64,000 nucleotides of DNA from an uncultured Alphaproteobacteria bacterium (GTDB lineage Bacteria > Pseudomonadota > Alphaproteobacteria > Rhizobiales > Xanthobacteraceae). The first letter of the stretch is position 1; every line of letters starts with the position of its first letter. A program made the position numbers and the translations under genes. Below, piece by piece: positions 57,799 to 64,000 of the stretch. Location: contig CAVYPW010000003.1 of NCBI GenBank assembly GCA_963770515.1, positions 348,025 to 412,024 of the forward strand, read 5' to 3'. Below the pieces are notes generated by a model. That model made no database searches, was not told the origin of the DNA, and was given only the letters and a program-made list of their open reading frames with translations.

Positions 57799-59883
57799 AT
57801 GCGTTCCATCGTCAAAGCTAGCGTGCGGCGCCGTCTATGGCTTGCGTCGACCGTAGTGATCCCGCTTTCCCCTTTCGCGATTCCGGCCGCGCACGCCCAG
57901 CAATCGGCTTCGCCCGATCTGCTGCCGCCAGTCGAGGTCAGCCCATCCAAGAAGCCGGAAACCACGCAACCACCGGCCGCGCAGAAGCCGAAGTCGCGGC
58001 AGGCCGCAGCCAAGCCGACGCAGCAAAAGCCAGCAGAAAAGCCGGTGACGCCGCAGCAAGGCATTCCGAACACGGCCCCCACCGTCGTCAGCCCGACGGG
58101 AATCGTGACGCCGACCAACCAGGTCGCGAATTCGGTCACGGCCATCACCGCCCAAGATATCGCAACCCAGCAATACCGCACCCTGCCTGACGTCCTGAAC
58201 ACGGTGCCCGGACTGAATGTCGTTCAGAGCGGAGGGCCCGGCGGGCAGACTTCCGTTTTCTTGCGCGGCACCAATTCCAACCACGCCAAGATCCTGATCG
58301 ACGGCATCGACGTTGGTGATCCCACGACACCGAACGGCGCAATCGACCTTGCGCATCTCCTCGTCGGCGACGCGGCCCAAGTCGAAGTATTGCGCGGTCC
58401 GCAAAGCGGTCTTTACGGCTCCGATGCCATCGGCGGCGTCATTTCGATCATCACGCAAAAGGGTGAAGGGCCCGCGCGCTGGACGGCATCGAACGAGGCC
58501 GGCTCATTTGGCACCTTCAACCAAAGCCTCGGCGTCAGCGGCTCGCAGGACAACTACAACTACGCGCTCAATATCGCTCACTTCCAGGCCACGGACGTTC
58601 CCGTAACGCCGTTGCAGTTGCTTCCGCCCGGTCAACAGGCGATCGGAAACAACTACGACAACATGACCTATTCGTTTAAGGGCGGCATCGACGTCAGCGA
58701 TTCCTGGACGTTGAACACCGTACTCCGCTACACCGAAGCAACCCTGCTCTCGACAGGCGACAGCACGGGCACCTGCTGCGACACACAACAAACCAGGGAT
58801 ACCCATCATGAATTCTTCGGACGCGAGGAAGCGGTCTGGTCGCTGCTAGACGGTCGTATCAAGAACTATTTCGGCGCCAACGTCTCCAATTACTGGGAAT
58901 CGACACAAGGTCCGTTCGATCCGGTTTCGAACATCACAACCGGCGACCGGATTAAATTTGACTGGCACAGCGTAACCGAGGTCGCGAGCGGACAAAATCT
59001 GGTGGTCGGGCTGGAGCGCGAAAACTCCCGGCTGGACATGACAGGATTCTCGGCACAGACCGGCAACCAGGCGGGGTTCGTCGAGTGGCAGTCGAATTTC
59101 GCCAAGCGGTTCTTCCTGACCGCCAACATTCGCGAAGACGACAACGACAGTTTCGGCGATCACATGACGTATCGGGTCGCGCCGGCCGTGATCGTTCCCT
59201 TCACCGACACCACGATCAAGGCAAGCTACGGAACAGGTTTCAAGGCACCGACCCTCAGTCAGCTATTCCAGAGCTTTCCCGAGTTTAATTTTTTCGCCAA
59301 CCCAAATTTGAAGCCCGAGCAAAGCAGGGGTGCGGACATCGGCTTCGAACAGCCTCTGTTTAACGACCGTATCCGGTTCGGCTCGACTTACTTCAAAAAC
59401 AACATCACGGACCTGATCAATTCCAGCGCCGATGGCACCACGCTTATCAATGTCGACCAAGCGATCACCGAAGGCACCGAAAACTTCATCACTGCCAACA
59501 TTATCGACCGCCTTAAACTGCGGGCGGATTATACCGTGACCCGCGCGGTCGATGCCAGCACCGGGCTACAGCTGGTACGCCGGCCGAAGGAAAAGCTCAG
59601 CGTCACGACGATCTGGAATCCGATTGATCAGCTCACTCTGTCAGCGACTGTGCTTCGCGTCAGCGACTGGACCGATAACGATCGCGACTTTACGACCACC
59701 CTCGTGGCGCCGGGATACACGACCGTGAATCTTCGAGCGGATTATGCGATCAACGATCAGCTCAAGGTGTTTGGCCGGATCGATAATGCGACCAACGTTC
59801 ACTACCAGATCCCGACCGGATTCCTCGCCCCCGGCCTGGGCGTGTTCGGCGGCATCCGCTTTGCGAGCTACGGCGTAAAGTAG
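57799..59883 (+). CDS. btuB: TonB-dependent receptor, cobalamin (BtuB-like)
   Basis: Signal peptide, plug motifs PGLNVVQSGG, LRG...ILIDG and VEVLRGPQSGLYGSDAIGGVI, beta-barrel; downstream of a B12 riboswitch. Confidence 0.9.
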   Translation: MRSIVKASVRRRLWLASTVVIPLSPFAIPAAHAQQSASPDLLPPVEVSPSKKPETTQPPAAQKPKSRQAAAKPTQQKPAEKPVTPQQGIPNTAPTVVSPTGIVTPTNQVANSVTAITAQDIATQQYRTLPDVLNTVPGLNVVQSGGPGGQTSVFLRGTNSNHAKILIDGIDVGDPTTPNGAIDLAHLLVGDAAQVEVLRGPQSGLYGSDAIGGVISIITQKGEGPARWTASNEAGSFGTFNQSLGVSGSQDNYNYALNIAHFQATDVPVTPLQLLPPGQQAIGNNYDNMTYSFKGGIDVSDSWTLNTVLRYTEATLLSTGDSTGTCCDTQQTRDTHHEFFGREEAVWSLLDGRIKNYFGANVSNYWESTQGPFDPVSNITTGDRIKFDWHSVTEVASGQNLVVGLERENSRLDMTGFSAQTGNQAGFVEWQSNFAKRFFLTANIREDDNDSFGDHMTYRVAPAVIVPFTDTTIKASYGTGFKAPTLSQLFQSFPEFNFFANPNLKPEQSRGADIGFEQPLFNDRIRFGSTYFKNNITDLINSSADGTTLINVDQAITEGTENFITANIIDRLKLRADYTVTRAVDASTGLQLVRRPKEKLSVTTIWNPIDQLTLSATVLRVSDWTDNDRDFTTTLVAPGYTTVNLRADYAINDQLKVFGRIDNATNVHYQIPTGFLAPGLGVFGGIRFASYGVK

Positions 59884-59942
59884 GCGGCAATCGCGGCGCG
59901 ATAGCGCAATTGCACCTCAAGAATCGGGCGGAGAGGGTCACA

Positions 59943-60104
59943 CCAGAGCTCCGATTCCGAAGTTCGCAAGTAATCGCAGCAACCTCTGATGCGAACTTCG
60001 GAATCAAAGGAGCTCTGGAAAATATAGGTTTTGAGTAGCGGCTTTGAATTTGAAGTTCCTATGACGCACTTGCGCGAAGCTGATAGGAACTTCAAATTCG
60101 CCGC
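59943..60104. repeat. Inverted pair of hairpin elements (59943..60018 and 60038..60104)
   Basis: 16-17 bp perfect inner stems with a GAAGTTC/GAACTTC core and 3-nt bulges; the loop of the first matches that of 42546..42621 in reverse complement. Confidence 0.8.
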
Positions 60105-61027
60105 ACTAGGCACCGAAATGCGTCTGCCGGCCCTTTCCACTCAAACAAGTCGGGATGGAGGAGGTGAGCCAGCAGCTCGGTCCCCTCGACGACACGTGGC
60201 CCTGGACGCGCGAAATAAGAGTTCGCGTCCACCGCGTAAACACGTCCGTCGCGCACGGCCGGCAGATCATCCCAACCGTGGTAAGCCGTCAGCTGGCGCG
60301 CCTGCTCGGCCGCCTTCTCCAGACCGAAGCCGCAAGGCATAACGATCAATACCTCCGGCTTCCATTGGAGAACGTCATTCCACGGTATGCGAACGGAATC
60401 GGTCCCCTCACGGCCGAGCTCATCGAAACCGCCCGCGATGCGAACCATTTCGGGAACCCAGTGACCACAGCAATAGACCGGGTCCATCCATTCCATGCAA
60501 AACACTCTGGGCTGAGAAATCAGAGTGCGCGTGGCAACCTCGATCCTTCCAAGCCGGGCCCGCCCTTCTGCGATCAACGTTTCCGCCACGCGCGCGCGAC
60601 CCGTCGCCTCGCCGAGTTCGCGCAAATTGTCGAATATCTGTTCGATGGATTTCGGCGTGAGCCACAATATCTGGGGCTTGGTGGGGAGTGCCTGCAAGAG
60701 CTGAGAGATTTCGTTTCCCGAGGGGGCGCAGACCTGGCAGAGGTCCTGAGTAAGAATAAGATCGGGCGCGATATTCTGCATCAGCGTCTCGTCCACCCGA
60801 TACAGGCTTAGACCGTCGCGCAATCTTTGCGTGACGGCGGAGTCTATTTCCGACTGACTCATGCTTTCGATTGGAAGAACGTTGCGGACGACGATCGGCT
60901 TGCCCAGGATCTGCGGGGGATAATCGCATTCGTGCGTAACGCCCAACAATTGGTCGGATAAACCGAGGGCGCACGCCATCTCGGTCGCCGAGGGCAAAAA
61001 CGAGACGATCCGCCGAGTTTCGAACAT
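60092..61027 (-). CDS. BtuF-fold cobalamin-binding-like protein lacking a signal peptide
   Basis: MFETRRIVSFLPSATE, GVTHECDYP, DLILTQDLCQVCA, GHWVPEM, MPCGF, RPGPR; no hydrophobic N-terminus. Confidence 0.82.
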   Translation of the reverse strand: MFETRRIVSFLPSATEMACALGLSDQLLGVTHECDYPPQILGKPIVVRNVLPIESMSQSEIDSAVTQRLRDGLSLYRVDETLMQNIAPDLILTQDLCQVCAPSGNEISQLLQALPTKPQILWLTPKSIEQIFDNLRELGEATGRARVAETLIAEGRARLGRIEVATRTLISQPRVFCMEWMDPVYCCGHWVPEMVRIAGGFDELGREGTDSVRIPWNDVLQWKPEVLIVMPCGFGLEKAAEQARQLTAYHGWDDLPAVRDGRVYAVDANSYFARPGPRVVEGTELLAHLLHPDLFEWKGPADAFRCLVRRI

Positions 61028-61213
61028 CTTCAACCTGCCGCAGGCAAACGGGTCATTGATATCAGCACAATCTTGCGCGGTACGGACACATCTATCTCCC
61101 ACCGTTTCATCCGATGGGCAACAAGCGATAGGCCGTCTTGGGGGCTGCCATGCAGCCATATTCATGGACAAGTAACCGGAAGGGCCGATATTTTCGCGCG
61201 CAAAAGCGAGGAA

Positions 61214-62455
61214 ATGCCCGAAATGGCCGACATTCTGGCCGCACCGCAACAGACTGAATCACCGCAGGCCGCCAAGGATGAACAGCTCCGCACGCTGGGC
61301 GCGATATCCGTCGCGCACTGGGTGAGCCATTTCCATATTTTCGTGCTGCCGATGCTGTTTCCCTTCCTGAAGCAAGAGCTCAATGTCGGCTATGTCGAGC
61401 TCGGTCTTGCGCTGACGGTTTTTGCCGTGAGTTCCGGCCTGACCCAGGCCCCAATCGGCTATGCTGCGGATCATCTCGGCGCGCGAAAAATTCTTTTGAT
61501 GGGACTTTGCCTCGGCGGCGCCGCGCTGATCATGCTCGGCTTATATCTGAGCTATCTCTCACTGCTTGTCAGCGCCGCGCTGTTGGGATTGGCCAACAGC
61601 GTCTATCACCCGGCCAATTATGCGATCCTCTCGGCTCATATGAACGAGGCGCGGATGGGCCGCGCGTTTTCAATTCACACCTTTGCCGGATTTCTCGGCG
61701 GCGCGGTGGCGCCTGCGATCGTGGCAGGCCTGGTGGCCACCGTCGGTGGCCACGGCGCGCTGATCGTGGCGGGCGCAGCCGGCCCGCTGGTGGCGCTTAT
61801 TCTTCTCGGCGTCGGAATTCCGGATGCCGGCGCCACGAATCGAAAAACAGACAGCGCCAACGCACCCAGGCAAAACGTCATCACGCCGGCGCTCATCGTA
61901 TTGACGATTTTCTTCCTGCTGCTCAACCTGTCCAACGCCGGAATCAGTAATTTCGGCGTGGTGGCGATGATGAGCGGCTATGGCGCGACCTTCTCCGCCG
62001 CCAACCTCGCTTTGTCAGCCTATCTCGGCGCAAGTGCGGGCGGCGTTCTGGCGGGCGGATTTCTCGCCGACCTGACCGAGCGGCACGGTCAGGTCGCAGC
62101 CGCCTGCTTTGCGGCGAATGCCGTGATCCTGCTGATCGTGGCGGCCATCACTCTGCCGCCGTTGCTGCTGACAGCCGCGATGGCGCTGGCCGGATTCCTC
62201 AGCGGCGTGATTGCCCCCTCGCGCGACATGATGGTCCGCAATGCTGCGCCAGCGGGCGCTGCCGGCCGGGCGTTCGGCATCGTCTCCACCGGCTTCAATG
62301 TCGGCGGCATCATCAGCCCGCTGCTGTTCGGCTGGATCATGGACAAGAACCTGCCGCACTGGGTATTTGGCGTCTCCGTCGTGTTCATGGTGCTCACCGT
62401 CCTCCTCGCACTGGCGACCGAACGAAATCCGCATACGGCCAGATCTGCGGCCTAA
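61214..62455 (+). CDS. MFS transporter
   Basis: AHWVSHF, ADHLGARK, SVYHP, GRAFSIH, about 12 TM segments. Confidence 0.88.
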   Translation: MPEMADILAAPQQTESPQAAKDEQLRTLGAISVAHWVSHFHIFVLPMLFPFLKQELNVGYVELGLALTVFAVSSGLTQAPIGYAADHLGARKILLMGLCLGGAALIMLGLYLSYLSLLVSAALLGLANSVYHPANYAILSAHMNEARMGRAFSIHTFAGFLGGAVAPAIVAGLVATVGGHGALIVAGAAGPLVALILLGVGIPDAGATNRKTDSANAPRQNVITPALIVLTIFFLLLNLSNAGISNFGVVAMMSGYGATFSAANLALSAYLGASAGGVLAGGFLADLTERHGQVAAACFAANAVILLIVAAITLPPLLLTAAMALAGFLSGVIAPSRDMMVRNAAPAGAAGRAFGIVSTGFNVGGIISPLLFGWIMDKNLPHWVFGVSVVFMVLTVLLALATERNPHTARSAA

Positions 62456-62591
62456 CTGCGCTGAACCTCGGTTTCCTTTCGAAAACCCACCATCACGATC
62501 GTGTCGCGGTTGATTCGGGGCCGTGATCTCCGGCTGTGGTATTGCTATGCTGGATCGCCATTGAGGGAGCATCGAGGGTGCATCGCTTCGC

Positions 62592-63266
62592 ATGACGGCT
62601 GATAAAGAGATCGTGCTGAGCGTTCGCAATCTGACCAAGGCCTATTCGGCCGCCGGCGAGCGGCTCACGGTCCTCCGCGGGGTCAATCTGGAGATTGCCG
62701 CCGGCGAACGGGTCGCGCTGACCGGGGAATCCGGCAGCGGCAAGAGCACGCTGTTGCATCTGATCGCAGGCCTTGATCGCGCCGATGGCGGCGAGATCAA
62801 TGTTGCCGGAGCACCGATCTCGCAGCTCAGCGAAGCGAACCTCGCGGCGTTGCGGCGCAACCGCCTGGGTCTCGTCTTTCAGCAATTCAACCTGATCCCG
62901 AGCTTAAGCGTCCGGGACAATCTGGCCTTCCAGTCCCGCATTGCCGGACGCCACGACCCCGCCTGGCACAACGAGCTTGCGGAACGGCTGGGATTGGCCG
63001 GCTTCCTCGACCGCTATCCCGAGCAGCTGTCCGGCGGCCAGCAGCAGCGGGTCGCGATCGGCCGTGCGCTGGCGGTCAAGCCTTTGCTCCTGCTTGCGGA
63101 CGAGCCGACCGGCAATCTCGATGAAGCCACCGCCGACGATGTGCTGGCGCTTACCCGCGACCTTGTCGCGCAAACCGGCTGCGGTCTCCTCATGGTGACC
63201 CATTCGATCCGGCTCGCCGCGACGCTGGATCGCCATATCCACCTCAGCGCGGGGTTGATCGCGTGA
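62592..63266 (+). CDS. ABC ATP-binding protein (LolD/MacB-like)
   Basis: GESGSGKST, FQQFNL, LSGGQQQRVAIGRAL, DEPTGNLD. Confidence 0.92.
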   Translation: MTADKEIVLSVRNLTKAYSAAGERLTVLRGVNLEIAAGERVALTGESGSGKSTLLHLIAGLDRADGGEINVAGAPISQLSEANLAALRRNRLGLVFQQFNLIPSLSVRDNLAFQSRIAGRHDPAWHNELAERLGLAGFLDRYPEQLSGGQQQRVAIGRALAVKPLLLLADEPTGNLDEATADDVLALTRDLVAQTGCGLLMVTHSIRLAATLDRHIHLSAGLIA

Positions 63267-64000
63267 GGCGGCCATTGTGGATTCTCGCCGTACTGCTCAG
63301 TCACTGGCGGCGGCATCCAATGCAGTTCGCAACCCTCTTGATCGGCCTCGCCTCGGCAATCGCGCTATGGAGCGGGGTGCAGGCGTTGAACCTGCAGGCA
63401 CGGACCAGCTACGATCGCGCCGCCGCCGCGTTCGGCGGGGTCCGCACCGCCACGCTCGTCGCCCGCAACGGCGCGCCCTTCTCGCAGCAGCTTTTTGTCG
63501 AGCTCCGCCGCGCCGGCTGGCCCGTATCGCCGGTCCTCGAGGGCCGTATCCAGGCCGGCGGCAGGACGTTCCGCCTGCTCGGCATCGAACCGGTGACCCT
63601 TCCCGCAGACGTCGGCGATACGCCGGCCATCGGCGGAGACTTGCAGGCCTTCGTCATGCCGCCGGGAGAGACGAGGGCAGCGCCCGAGACGCTGACCGAA
63701 CTCGGCTTGAACGAAGGCGCCTCGCCGCAAACCAGTAACGATGCAGCCTTGCCGCCGCTTCGCGTGGCGGCACAACTCGCGCCGGGCGTGATGGTGGTCG
63801 ATATCGGCATCGCTCAGCAGCTGTTGAAAATGCCCGATCAGGTGTCGCGCCTCCTGGTCGGCAAGGTGAAAGGCCCGCGCGCGCCGCTCGAATCGATCGC
63901 AGGCGATCGGCTGCGCCTGGTCGAGCCCGATGCCGAGAGCGATCTGGAGCGTCTCACCGATAGTTTCCACCTGAACCTCACGGCATTCGGCCTGCTTTCG
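63263..64000 (+). CDS. ABC exporter permease (FtsX/MacB-like), truncated by the window end
   Basis: GTGA overlap; VRRPLWILAVLLSHWRRHPMQFATLLIGL...; reading frame open to base 64000 (LTDSFHLNLTAFGLLS). Confidence 0.85.
   Translation, partial: MRRPLWILAVLLSHWRRHPMQFATLLIGLASAIALWSGVQALNLQARTSYDRAAAAFGGVRTATLVARNGAPFSQQLFVELRRAGWPVSPVLEGRIQAGGRTFRLLGIEPVTLPADVGDTPAIGGDLQAFVMPPGETRAAPETLTELGLNEGASPQTSNDAALPPLRVAAQLAPGVMVVDIGIAQQLLKMPDQVSRLLVGKVKGPRAPLESIAGDRLRLVEPDAESDLERLTDSFHLNLTAFGLLS

Noticed and set aside
1-64000. CRISPR array, tRNA, rRNA, prophage or transposase
   Set aside because: No repeat-spacer periodicity, cloverleaf, rRNA signature or recombinase/transposase ORF was found. The palindromic repeats are dispersed REP-type elements.

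Overview
GC-rich alphaproteobacterial chromosome segment. Gene content and repeat families point to Bradyrhizobium or a close Nitrobacteraceae relative (inference). In order: partial TMEM175 gene; alkB, bracketed by a diverged 114-bp duplicate of the TMEM175 3' end; an aerobic benzoyl-CoA (box) cluster with boxB, boxC, DUF309, hydrolase, benzoate-CoA ligase and boxR but no boxA or boxD; an IclR / Rieske oxygenase / glutamine-synthetase-like module with a porin and a Liv-type ABC importer; NDH-2; an AtzF/AtzH/AtzE/AtzG + Dpp-type ABC + GntR nitrogen-scavenging locus with two sigma54 promoters; an orphan TRAP solute-binding protein fused transcriptionally to a two-kinase relay and response regulator behind a triple TTAA (CtrA-like) site; an ECF sigma factor; cydAB + DUF2474; L,D-transpeptidase; orphan AapJ-like SBP; CMD, VOC, two MFS and DUF938 genes; a green-sulfur-type soxXYZAKB cluster without soxCD plus a persulfide dioxygenase-rhodanese fusion; a cobalamin uptake locus with a B12 riboswitch; an MFS; and the start of an ABC exporter. 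Seven genes carry a single 1-nt frameshift (five of them within 10.6-19.5 kb), most likely assembly or sequencing errors. No rRNA, tRNA, CRISPR, transposase or phage genes were seen. All family assignments are by motif recognition, not database search.
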